Origin: a virus
Virus record (IMG/VR): IMGVR_UViG_3300009320_000045
Span: 1-41,152 of that record
DNA length: 41,152 bases
Reading direction: 5' to 3' (one strand)
The translations under genes and the position numbers were made by a program. Each line of letters opens with the position of its first letter. Within the stretch, counting starts at the first letter, position 1. Positions 1-7,224 of this stretch are shown piece after piece. The notes below the pieces were generated by a model. That model saw only the letters and a list, made by a program, of their open reading frames with translations. It did no database searches and had not been told where the DNA came from.

Positions 1-119
1 GTAGATGCTGCCACGAACTTTGACTATGGGGCAAGGATTCGAGCTGTCCAGAACGGAGCTGCTTCAACTTATGTTCCTACTGACTTATTTCTCTACACCT
101 ACAGCGATGCTTCGATAAA
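1..119. repeat. terminal direct repeat, copy 1 (identical to 41034..41152); most likely the overlap of a circular or circularly permuted assembly
   Basis: Base-by-base comparison shows nt 1..119 equal nt 41034..41152. The repeat lies inside an uninterrupted fibre ORF. Confidence 0.9.
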
Positions 120-369
120 TACCAATCAGTTGGTGTTACATCACGATGGTGGTGTTGGTGTAGGCACTGCAACACCAGCCACAGCTTTAGAAGTAAATGG
201 CGCCATAACCTTCAGGGAGCTTTCTGCTGATCCTGCCAACCCTGATGAAGGTTCAGCAGTAATCTGGATGTCTGACGGTACAGGCTCCGGTTCAGATGGC
301 GATATACTTCTCAAGCGGACAGCGGGCGGCGTGACAAAAACATACGCTATTGTGATGTCGGAGATCTGA
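1..369 (+). CDS. tail fibre protein, C-terminal 122 aa (3' end of the ORF left open at 38733..41152; the gene spans the circular junction)
   Basis: Frame 1 is open from nt 1 to TGA 367..369. The frame of 38733..41152 maps onto frame 1 through the 119-nt identity, giving one 889-aa ORF. It contains the fibre-type motif GGVGVGTATPATALEVNG. Confidence 0.8.
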   Translation, partial: VDAATNFDYGARIRAVQNGAASTYVPTDLFLYTYSDASINTNQLVLHHDGGVGVGTATPATALEVNGAITFRELSADPANPDEGSAVIWMSDGTGSGSDGDILLKRTAGGVTKTYAIVMSEI

Positions 370-638
370 TGGCTAGTCAACCTATCTTAAAATGCGGTGT
401 CAAATCAGTAGGCGCGGGAGCTACCACCGTAACGATAACCTTTGCCTCTGATGAACTCTCTGGAGTTCCAGCTTCATTTCCAGCTGGCTACACCGTGGCA
501 GTAACAGGAACCCCCGACTGGGCGACAAGCGTCAGGATTTCAACCGCCCCGGATGTGGATGGAGTTACCTTCACTTTTGGAACCGCTGCCGATGCAGTGT
601 ACGGAGGAACGCTTTACTGGAACGCGATAGGGAGATGA
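369..638 (+). CDS. hypothetical small beta-rich protein (possible fibre accessory)
   Basis: ATG 369 overlaps the fibre stop (TGATG). The product is 89 aa and rich in T/G/A/V. No family recognised. Confidence 0.55.
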   Translation: MASQPILKCGVKSVGAGATTVTITFASDELSGVPASFPAGYTVAVTGTPDWATSVRISTAPDVDGVTFTFGTAADAVYGGTLYWNAIGR

Positions 639-639
639 C

Positions 640-1398
640 ATGATTACGTTAGCGACGCCGTTCGCAAACAAGCAATACTGCTTCGAGGATTACTACCGCG
701 GGATCTTGAATCTCGACTATCCCAAAGACGATATTCATTGCCTCTGGTATGACAACTCCAACGATAAGGATTTCCACAAACTGCTCGGGGAGAAGATCAA
801 GGTTTTCAAGCGTCACCAGATAGTAGTTGATGAAACCCCGCACATGACGATTGAAAACACTACGGATTACGGCAAGGTTTCTTACCGAGTAGCACAGATG
901 TATATGAACCTGGAAAAGTTCCTGCCAGAGAGCGACTACACCTTCATTGTGGAAGATGATGTTGAGATTCCGCCTGACACTCTCACCAAGTTACTTGAGA
1001 TATTCACCAGATACCCCAAGGTTGGCACCGCTGTCGGCTCAGTGAGTTCCCGACGCATGACCGACAGCTTGTTCAAGCGTCCGGTCGCCTGGTGGTTTGA
1101 GGAGCGCAGGGTCTTTCCGTTCCCTGACGACTGTAGAGAGATCCAGGTTGAGCATAAGCGCTATCAATCCGTACCGCCTTTCGGGATCAGGATAATTGGG
1201 ACAGCGCATACCGGATGCTGGCTCGCGCCAACGCACCTTATCAAGAAGCTCCACTTTGGATATGAGGAAGATGGCGTCAAACCAAATGACGCACGGTGGG
1301 GATGGGTCTTACAAAAGGCCGGCTACTACATGGTCATGGATTGGTCTGTTGTGTGCAAGCATTGGTGGATCTGCGACGGCGAGAAAGGTTATTACTGA
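640..1398 (+). CDS. glycosyltransferase, family-2-like (GT-A fold)
   Basis: 252 aa. The N-terminal ITLATPFANK, then LNLDYPKDDIHCLWYDNSND, then the acidic IVEDDVEIP (DxD-like) match the layout of GT2 enzymes. A GGAG RBS lies upstream of ATG 640. Assigned from motif recall only. Confidence 0.6.
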   Translation: MITLATPFANKQYCFEDYYRGILNLDYPKDDIHCLWYDNSNDKDFHKLLGEKIKVFKRHQIVVDETPHMTIENTTDYGKVSYRVAQMYMNLEKFLPESDYTFIVEDDVEIPPDTLTKLLEIFTRYPKVGTAVGSVSSRRMTDSLFKRPVAWWFEERRVFPFPDDCREIQVEHKRYQSVPPFGIRIIGTAHTGCWLAPTHLIKKLHFGYEEDGVKPNDARWGWVLQKAGYYMVMDWSVVCKHWWICDGEKGYY

Positions 1399-1415
1399 CA
1401 AGCAAGGAGAAAACA

Positions 1416-1694
1416 ATGGCATCTGAACAAAAGATCAACCGGGCATTCCTGTGGACCAAGGATCTTCTTATCCTGATGATAGCGGCGGGTGGAATCTTTG
1501 CGGCGGCTAGCAAGTTCTGGTTGCTGCCTACTGCCAATGCGGAGAAGATCGAGGTCAATGTCGTTCACATCAAAGAAACCAATGCGAAAGTTGATGATCT
1601 TGGTTTGAGTATGGTCAGACAGGAGGCGCACCAAGAGGATGTTATTCGGCGCCTGGATAGGATACAATTGAAGCTAAACGGAGGGAACCCATGA
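1416..1694 (+). CDS. small membrane-anchored coiled-coil protein
   Basis: AAGGAG lies 7 nt upstream of ATG 1416; the ORF-track start at 1296 falls inside the previous gene. One TM segment (LLILMIAAGGIFAAA) is followed by a heptad-like tail. The stop overlaps the next start (ATGA). Confidence 0.6.
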   Translation: MASEQKINRAFLWTKDLLILMIAAGGIFAAASKFWLLPTANAEKIEVNVVHIKETNAKVDDLGLSMVRQEAHQEDVIRRLDRIQLKLNGGNP

Positions 1695-3331
1695 GAAAGC
1701 TGATCGGCTTACTACTTGCCCTTGGCCTGTGCGCCTTCCCTGTAGAGGCAAGAGCGTCCGCCTTCACATGGGATTCGGGATACAAGGGTGATGTGCCGGA
1801 TGCAGAGGACATCGCCACCAGCACCACCAACTTCGGCGGGATCCTCTCCTCCAGCGATACCTACGTCCAAACCGCGCTCGACACCATTGACGACTTCTCC
1901 ACCACGCCCTCTTTCGCCACCAGCGTTACCGTAACCGGCAGCGCTCCACGCTACATCTTCACCCCTGATGCCGGCGATGCCTTCGAGATCGTGGCCACCG
2001 GATCCACCGCTTATCTGGTGGATACCACGGACGGCGTAATCGGGTGGCTCCTGGATGATGCCCTGCACCTGGGAGAGATCGGCTTCGAGCCAACCCACGT
2101 TGAGGTCCATGTGAGCCAGACCGGGGACACCAGTGTGCGGCTCGGGACCAACACCATCGGCATTGATGAGCTTGATGCTATTGATACGCCGGCGGACACG
2201 GAAGTATATACTTATGATGCCACCACTGGCCGAGGCGAATGGTCCTCGGCAGCAGCCGGGGACATCAGCGCAATCGGGGATGTGACCTCCGGCGCCGCAT
2301 TCGATGGCACCCAGGGAACCACACTCACCTTCAACAATGCCGGGGGCGATGCCACGCTTGATTATGACGGCACCGACATCGAATCCAGCACCATCCTAAA
2401 GGCAACCTCGCTCCTGGAAGGCGCCAACGCGGTCCCCAACGCCACAGATCACCTGGGCTTCTTTGCTGCCACAACCTCTGCTCAACTGGCAGGGGTCCTG
2501 AGTGATGAGACAGGCAGCGGGGGTGGGTTTGTCAGGGCAACGCTACCCACCATCGCCGGTATCGCTTGTACCGGGGACATCGACATTGATGCTGCCAATG
2601 CCAACATCACCATTCAGCACACCGGGGGCGATGAATTCCACTTCGGGACAGAGGCCGGCAGCATCGTCTACATCAGCGATGCTACTGATGGCGTCACCTA
2701 TTGGCTGGCCAACATCCTCCATGGCATCGAGTATGGGGATCCGAGCGTTACCTCTCATGTGTTCCGGGCATCGGCCACAGGGGATGCGGTGGTCCAGCTG
2801 CCGGGCAACTCCATTGGTGGCGGAGAAATGGTGGACGCCACAACCGCAGCGGCCGGGGACGTTGAGCTTGCCACCATCCTTGAAACCACTACAGGTACGG
2901 ACACCGCGAGGGCTGTAACACCTGATTCTCTGGCAGGGTCGGATTACGGCATCCAAACGGTGTCCATCCTGGTCTTTGATGATTCGACAGCAGCAGCGGT
3001 AGCGGATGGCGCCGGGGATGTATTCTGGAGGGTGCCTTCCACCCTTAACGGCTACAACCTGGTGACCGTAGCTGCTCATGTTCAGACCGCAGGGCAGAGC
3101 GGAGAAACGAATGTCCAGATCCACAACGTCACCCAATCCGCGGATATGCTCTCAACCATCATCACCATCGAGGGCAACGAGAAGGATTCGGCCACCGCCG
3201 GCACCCCCGCGGTGATCGATACCGCCAATGACGATGTGGCCACGGCTGATGAGATCCGGATCGATGTGGATGCGGTCAACACCACTGCCCCCCAAGGGCT
3301 TCTAGTGGAGCTTCAATTCCAGGCACCATGA
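1691..3331 (+). CDS. tail-fibre-like protein with Sec-type signal peptide (paralogue of the 38733 fibre)
   Basis: 546 aa. It starts MRKLIGLLLALGLCAFPVEARA|SAFTWDSGYKGDVP..QTALDTIDDF, which parallels the 38733 ORF. It also shares the block TGDIDIDAANANITIQHTGGDEF..TEAGSI. Composition is T/G/A/D-rich. Confidence 0.75.
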   Translation: MRKLIGLLLALGLCAFPVEARASAFTWDSGYKGDVPDAEDIATSTTNFGGILSSSDTYVQTALDTIDDFSTTPSFATSVTVTGSAPRYIFTPDAGDAFEIVATGSTAYLVDTTDGVIGWLLDDALHLGEIGFEPTHVEVHVSQTGDTSVRLGTNTIGIDELDAIDTPADTEVYTYDATTGRGEWSSAAAGDISAIGDVTSGAAFDGTQGTTLTFNNAGGDATLDYDGTDIESSTILKATSLLEGANAVPNATDHLGFFAATTSAQLAGVLSDETGSGGGFVRATLPTIAGIACTGDIDIDAANANITIQHTGGDEFHFGTEAGSIVYISDATDGVTYWLANILHGIEYGDPSVTSHVFRASATGDAVVQLPGNSIGGGEMVDATTAAAGDVELATILETTTGTDTARAVTPDSLAGSDYGIQTVSILVFDDSTAAAVADGAGDVFWRVPSTLNGYNLVTVAAHVQTAGQSGETNVQIHNVTQSADMLSTIITIEGNEKDSATAGTPAVIDTANDDVATADEIRIDVDAVNTTAPQGLLVELQFQAP

Positions 3332-4110
3332 GGAAGCTGATCGCTCTATTCATAGGGCTTGGTCTAGTTGTCCCGGCATGGGCTGGCAACATCATCTTTG
3401 TTCGCAGCGCAGCCAGGGTTACAGTCAGCGGTCATGCCACCCTGCCTACCTCTCTCGAATCCTATTGGGATCTTGAGGAAACATCCGGCACCAGGGTTGA
3501 CAACCCCGGAACGAATGACCTGACCGACAACAACACCGTTACTTATGTGACGGGCAAGCAGGGCAACGCCGCCCACTTTGAGGTAGACACCACTGAGTAC
3601 CTATCCATCACTGATAATGCTTCCATCTCCACAGGTGACATCGACTGGTCATTTGCTTGCTGGCTCAATGTGGAATCCTATGACAGCGGGAACAAATGCA
3701 TTGCTTCTCATGACGTCGCGGTGCGCAGCTATCAGTTTGAGCTTCAGGATCAAGGCAGTGGCAACTTCAGGGCTGACTTCCTTGTCTTAACTTTCGATGG
3801 GGGAAGCTCCGCCCGGGTGGGCGCCGACACCTTCGGCAACCTCTCAACCGGAGTCTGGTATTTCATCTATTGCTACCACGACGCATCGGGCAATGAGATC
3901 GGGATCTCGGTCAATGATGGCACGGTTGACACCACCGCCACCGGCGGGATTGCACCAGGTGACGCCGATGGCGCATTCCAAATGGGTGCGCGTGATGGAA
4001 GTAGGTGCATTGACGCCAGCATTGACGAGTTCGGGTTCTGGAAAAAGGTGCTGTCCTCAGCGGAGGTAACGGATCTCTACAACTCAGGGGATGGGATACC
4101 CTATGATTAG
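3328..4110 (+). CDS. LamG / concanavalin-A-like lectin domain protein with signal peptide
   Basis: ATGA coupling to the previous gene. Signal peptide MRKLIALFIGLGLVVPAWA|G. LESYWDLEETSGTRVDN, WSFACWLN, GVWYFIYCYHD and IDEFGFWKKVLSSAEVTDLYNSG form a Laminin_G_3-type signature. Confidence 0.75.
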   Translation: MRKLIALFIGLGLVVPAWAGNIIFVRSAARVTVSGHATLPTSLESYWDLEETSGTRVDNPGTNDLTDNNTVTYVTGKQGNAAHFEVDTTEYLSITDNASISTGDIDWSFACWLNVESYDSGNKCIASHDVAVRSYQFELQDQGSGNFRADFLVLTFDGGSSARVGADTFGNLSTGVWYFIYCYHDASGNEIGISVNDGTVDTTATGGIAPGDADGAFQMGARDGSRCIDASIDEFGFWKKVLSSAEVTDLYNSGDGIPYD

Positions 4111-4561
4111 AAATCGGTATGAGTATGGTCCTTTATTTCTAGTTGGGTTCTTTGCAGTTCTCGCGATGCTCGGGTGGTTGTTGGTTTTTGCGTGGTCGTC
4201 CTGCGGCCAGACGGTGGATCAAATCGAGGCGGCCGCGCAGGAGGTCTTTGACAGCATCACATGGGACCAGGAGGAATACAAGCGCAAGCATGGAAGATAC
4301 CGGCAAGGCAAAGCTGATGTTGATGGGATCCCAATTGACATTCACGTTTACGATGGACCCCATGGCGTCGGCTATGTGGTGGAGGCCGAGTGCATCCGCA
4401 ATGACAGGACCTTCAAGCGCTCCATCAATTATGGACCGGAGGAATGGAAAACAAGGAGTTGGCGTGATGTTACAGGGGATGCTGCTCCTGCTGTTTCTCC
4501 TGATGTCCTCACCCGCCCACGCCGCAGAGATCCGGGTTCACATACCCGACCATCTGATTGA
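4091..4561 (+). CDS. membrane-anchored hypothetical protein
   Basis: N-terminal TM segment PLFLVGFFAVLAMLGWLLVFAW. An alternative start is ATG 4103. The last 95 nt overlap the next gene in another frame, and that C-terminal tail looks low-complexity. Confidence 0.5.
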   Translation: MGYPMIRNRYEYGPLFLVGFFAVLAMLGWLLVFAWSSCGQTVDQIEAAAQEVFDSITWDQEEYKRKHGRYRQGKADVDGIPIDIHVYDGPHGVGYVVEAECIRNDRTFKRSINYGPEEWKTRSWRDVTGDAAPAVSPDVLTRPRRRDPGSHTRPSD

Positions 4562-4742
4562 GGAGGGCGCCAAGTGGCATCACTACTACAAGGAGCCACG
4601 GCAGGAGAGCAAAGAGCAGTTCGTGTTAGACCGCGTGATCGAGGACTCTGAGCAAGCATTGGACACCCTGGTCTACATCAGCACATGGGGCAGGGTATCA
4701 AGCTGCGAGGATGCCGGCATCACGTTTGAAGTGGTAGAATAG
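4467..4742 (+). CDS. small secreted protein
   Basis: AAGGAG at 4453..4458 precedes ATG 4467. Signal peptide MLQGMLLLLFLLMSSPAHA|AE. Only the 3' part of ORF-track 4143..4742 is accepted. Confidence 0.55.
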   Translation: MLQGMLLLLFLLMSSPAHAAEIRVHIPDHLIEEGAKWHHYYKEPRQESKEQFVLDRVIEDSEQALDTLVYISTWGRVSSCEDAGITFEVVE

Positions 4743-4760
4743 GAGAAAACGGAGGTAGTC

Positions 4761-5021
4761 ATGAAGAAGCTGATTGCATTGGTTTTGATCGGATCGCTGT
4801 TCGCGTTTGCTCCTGTGGCCTTTGCCGCAGAGGAGGCGCCCGAGCAGGGGTTCATTGAGAGAACCATTGAGGTTGCCCTGGTGGTGCCGCGCTTTGCCGG
4901 CCGGTTCGGTTGGGGCATTGTCAAGACCGTGGACCGCATTGGGATCCAAACGCTTGACAAGGCGTTTGAAACCATCGGCAAAGCTCTTGGGACGGAGCCA
5001 AACACTCCGCTGTGGGAATGA
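4761..5021 (+). CDS. small secreted protein
   Basis: GGAG-type RBS. Signal peptide MKKLIALVLIGSLFAFAPVAFA|AE, with the same M(R/K)KLI start as the 1691 and 3328 genes. Confidence 0.65.
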   Translation: MKKLIALVLIGSLFAFAPVAFAAEEAPEQGFIERTIEVALVVPRFAGRFGWGIVKTVDRIGIQTLDKAFETIGKALGTEPNTPLWE

Positions 5022-5275
5022 GCGACGAGCAGAAACCTGGTCTTTTAGCCAAGGTCGGGGAGGCGGTTGATAAAGGCCGCCTCCCTTCTGTTTTGACCTC
5101 AACCCTCTCGCTTGCTTTCTTTGTGTCGATCATCATGTATGGCGCAGGGTGGGCGTGGCTTACCTACCACAAGCTCTTGCCCGAGTTGATCGGTGAGCTT
5201 TTGGATCCGCTCTGGAAGCTGGTGCTGCTGGTTGGAACCCCATACCTGGCCGCGCGAGGAATGAAGAAAGCGTAA
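5018..5275 (+). CDS. putative holin (two TM segments, class II-like)
   Basis: ATG 5018 overlaps the previous stop (ATGA); the ORF-track start 5012 is a GTG. 85 aa with two hydrophobic segments (LSLAFFVSIIMYGAGWAWL and LWKLVLLVGTPYLAA) and a basic C-terminus RGMKKA. It sits directly upstream of the spanin pair. Confidence 0.45.
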   Translation: MSDEQKPGLLAKVGEAVDKGRLPSVLTSTLSLAFFVSIIMYGAGWAWLTYHKLLPELIGELLDPLWKLVLLVGTPYLAARGMKKA

Positions 5276-5283
5276 GGTGATTT

Positions 5284-5496
5284 ATGGGATTGCCGGGAAT
5301 ACCACAAATCCTGGGGATGGGCGCGGCGATCGTGTATCGCTGGCTGGATCCTCGGGCAAAGAAGGACAGGTTGCTTGATGCCAAAGAGAACATCACAAAT
5401 CTTAAAGCCAATCGTGACCGCGCTGATCGGCTTGCTGTTATTGATGCCGAGCTTATCAGGGTGCAGCGGGAGATCGACCGGAGAGCGGGAGATTAG
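5284..5496 (+). CDS. putative i-spanin (Rz-like), unusually short
   Basis: 70 aa. An N-terminal hydrophobic segment (GIPQILGMGAAIVY) is followed by a charged helical region. A lipoprotein ORF starts inside it in the +1 frame. Confidence 0.45.
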   Translation: MGLPGIPQILGMGAAIVYRWLDPRAKKDRLLDAKENITNLKANRDRADRLAVIDAELIRVQREIDRRAGD

Positions 5497-5614
5497 ACGC
5501 GTTTGGGGACCGCCCGGCGCCGATCTCAATAAAGAGTTCAAAGAGCAGACTGGACACGATACGCCGCCTTGGGATTGGATGCTCTTGCCTCTTGAGGATT
5601 ACAACGCGCGGTGA
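5378..5614 (+). CDS. putative o-spanin lipoprotein (Rz1-like), overlapped architecture
   Basis: ATG 5378; the ORF-track start 5375 is a TTG. Signal peptide plus lipobox: IVTALIGLLLLMPSLSG|C. The mature part is about 49 aa and contains several Pro. It starts within 5284..5496 in the +1 frame and runs 118 nt past its stop. Confidence 0.55.
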   Translation: MPKRTSQILKPIVTALIGLLLLMPSLSGCSGRSTGEREIRRVWGPPGADLNKEFKEQTGHDTPPWDWMLLPLEDYNAR

Positions 5615-6084
5615 CTGAGTTCGGAATCGGTACCATTGCCTCTGTCTCATTGATCGGCTTGGCGCTCGGGTGCTTTTTGTGGATGTGGGGTGGGAGGTCT
5701 GACAAATGGATACGAAGAATCCTCGGGTCACTAGTGATTGCCTCCACTGTGAATATCTCAGCAGTGATGATGGGCGTGTGGGGTTGGCAACTCACGCTAC
5801 TTTTTCCTGCTTTATTCACCGGGTCCTCTCAGGGATATGGAGGCGACACCACTTGGGAGAAGATTTGCCGAAGGACCTTGTTTGCGGCAGGAATGGTGGC
5901 TGCCGGTTTCATTTGCGTTTTAGTCCTTGGTCCTAAAGCGTGGATGGTGTTCGTTCCTCATGTCGGCATTGCAGCATGGAGTATCTGGCTTGGAACTAGG
6001 AACCCGCTCCACGCCGCAGCTGAGGAAGTGTTCGTTGCGCTCACGCTCTACGCAGGGCTGTTGATGTACCCTTTTCTCAAATAA
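5611..6084 (+). CDS. polytopic membrane protein (about 5 TM), function unknown
   Basis: GTG 5611 overlaps the o-spanin stop (GTGA). 157 aa with repeated hydrophobic stretches. It is the last gene before the terminator. Confidence 0.55.
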   Translation: MTEFGIGTIASVSLIGLALGCFLWMWGGRSDKWIRRILGSLVIASTVNISAVMMGVWGWQLTLLFPALFTGSSQGYGGDTTWEKICRRTLFAAGMVAAGFICVLVLGPKAWMVFVPHVGIAAWSIWLGTRNPLHAAAEEVFVALTLYAGLLMYPFLK

Positions 6085-6109
6085 CGGCCGGTCCTCCAAC
6101 GCCGGTCAA

Positions 6110-6173
6110 GGCGCGACTCACCTCCCGCGCCGCCAGGACCCCCAGGACCCATCCCCTGGGGGTTCCTTTTTTT
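6110..6173 (+). terminator. rho-independent terminator (two tandem GC hairpins plus a T-run) ending the late transcription unit
   Basis: Hairpin 1 is GGCGCG-N10-CGCGCC (6110..6131). Hairpin 2 is CCCCCAGG-N8-CCTGGGGG (6139..6162), followed by TTCCTTTTTTT (to 6173). Confidence 0.8.
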
Positions 6174-6201
6174 GTAGATCGGATTTTTTTTTCGATTACC
6201 C

Positions 6202-6229
6202 TTGACATTCCTATTACGATCCGTATACT
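6202..6229 (+). promoter_or_regulatory. sigma70-type early promoter
   Basis: TTGACA (6202..6207), a 16-nt spacer, then TATACT (6224..6229). A T-tract (GGATTTTTTTTTCGATT) lies just upstream in an UP-element-like position. The first early gene starts 21 nt downstream. Confidence 0.7.
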
Positions 6230-6249
6230 AAACGTTGGAGGGACAAAAA

Positions 6250-6645
6250 ATGGATGCAGCTACAGAGACAGAAACATTTGAAGATCGGATGGATCGAGAG
6301 AAGAAAGAGCGCCTTGCCAGAATCAAAAAAACAGAGGATGTATTCAGGCAGGTGTTCAAGTCGTTGGGTTATAAAGTGGTTGAGCCGCAGGAGCCGAACA
6401 CCTGGCGCCCAACGGCGGTGTGTAGGAACCTAGCCGCGGTCAAGGTTTTATTGCTTGGAACGAAATTGACAGACCCGGAGCGACAGGGGGGGGCCTTTGT
6501 GTTCTACCTGAACGGCGCCGGCATGGACGATACCGATGCAGCATATGGCACCGTAAGCGCAGGAAGGGACACTGTGAGGATGGAACTTCGGTCCCTGACC
6601 CTGGAGAAAGCAAAGAAAATCGCGGCAGTATTGAACGAAGAATAA
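6250..6645 (+). CDS. early protein, function unknown
   Basis: GGAGGG RBS 8 nt upstream of ATG 6250. 131 aa. It is the first gene after the early promoter. Confidence 0.65.
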   Translation: MDAATETETFEDRMDREKKERLARIKKTEDVFRQVFKSLGYKVVEPQEPNTWRPTAVCRNLAAVKVLLLGTKLTDPERQGGAFVFYLNGAGMDDTDAAYGTVSAGRDTVRMELRSLTLEKAKKIAAVLNEE

Positions 6646-6691
6646 TGTTCAGCCAACGTCCGATCCGTTGGGAAAATGGAGAAGGAATCCA

Positions 6692-6892
6692 ATGGGTAAA
6701 TCTGCTCAAGTAGAGGATGAGCAAGAGTGGTGCGAACACATCACCAGAACGCATGAAAACACTTGGATTTGGGAAGGCAGGGATGTGGGACATAGCAGGT
6801 GGTGTTTCGTACACCCGGATTGGAAGGTCTGTCCGGTTTGTAGTAAACCACGACCCCTGAAAGAAGAAGATAGGAGGTTGCTTGATGGCTAA
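6692..6892 (+). CDS. small Cys/His/Trp-rich protein (possible zinc ribbon)
   Basis: GGAGAAGGA RBS precedes ATG 6692; ORF-track 6668 is a TTG. Contains WCEH..WCFVHPDWKVCPVCSKP. Confidence 0.5.
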   Translation: MGKSAQVEDEQEWCEHITRTHENTWIWEGRDVGHSRWCFVHPDWKVCPVCSKPRPLKEEDRRLLDG

Positions 6893-7118
6893 ACTCAAAT
6901 CACAAGGCCGGGTAATCTTCCGGCTCAAGAAAGGAGATCACGAACTGGCAATCTGCCAACGGTCCACCCTGATTAAGATGGGACCGAAAGATCCCTGGAA
7001 GGTCTGGATCAAGATGTCGGCGCTGGATGCCAAGAAGCTAATCGCCCAGGGCTGGCAGGTCATTGAAATCAACGGACAGCCGTATGAGGCAGAAAGGGTG
7101 GAAACCAATGGAACCTGA
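6885..7118 (+). CDS. hypothetical early protein
   Basis: GGAGG RBS precedes ATG 6885. 77 aa. An 8-nt overlap with the previous gene. Confidence 0.55.
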   Translation: MAKLKSQGRVIFRLKKGDHELAICQRSTLIKMGPKDPWKVWIKMSALDAKKLIAQGWQVIEINGQPYEAERVETNGT

Positions 7119-7224
7119 CACCTGGTTAGAGGAGCGCGTGGATCTGGAGGAGATGTGGATCCCATACCACGAAAGGGCGGTGTTCGTCCCAAAGGGGGGG
7201 CGCTTTTTTGGGGAGGAGTGGTGA
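7108..7224 (+). CDS. micro-ORF, 38 aa (below the ORF-track cut-off)
   Basis: ATG 7108 overlaps the end of the previous gene. Its TGA (7222..7224) overlaps the next ATG (TGATG). It is part of an unbroken chain of coupled ORFs. Confidence 0.35.
   Translation: MEPDTWLEERVDLEEMWIPYHERAVFVPKGGRFFGEEW

Noticed and set aside
1-119. A genuine short direct terminal repeat of a T7-like genome
   Set aside because: The repeat lies inside a continuous fibre ORF, and its length equals a common assembler k-mer size, so a circular-assembly overlap is more likely. This cannot be excluded without read data.
1691-4110. A diversity-generating retroelement targeting the fibre or LamG genes, as in BPP-1-like phages
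   Set aside because: No reverse-transcriptase ORF (no YxDD-type motif) occurs anywhere in the window. I found no template/variable repeat pair near the 3' ends of these genes.
4143-4742. Full-length 199-aa ORF from the track
   Set aside because: The 5' two-thirds is Arg/Ser-rich read-through overlapping the 4091 gene. An AAGGAG RBS and a clean signal peptide define the real start at 4467.
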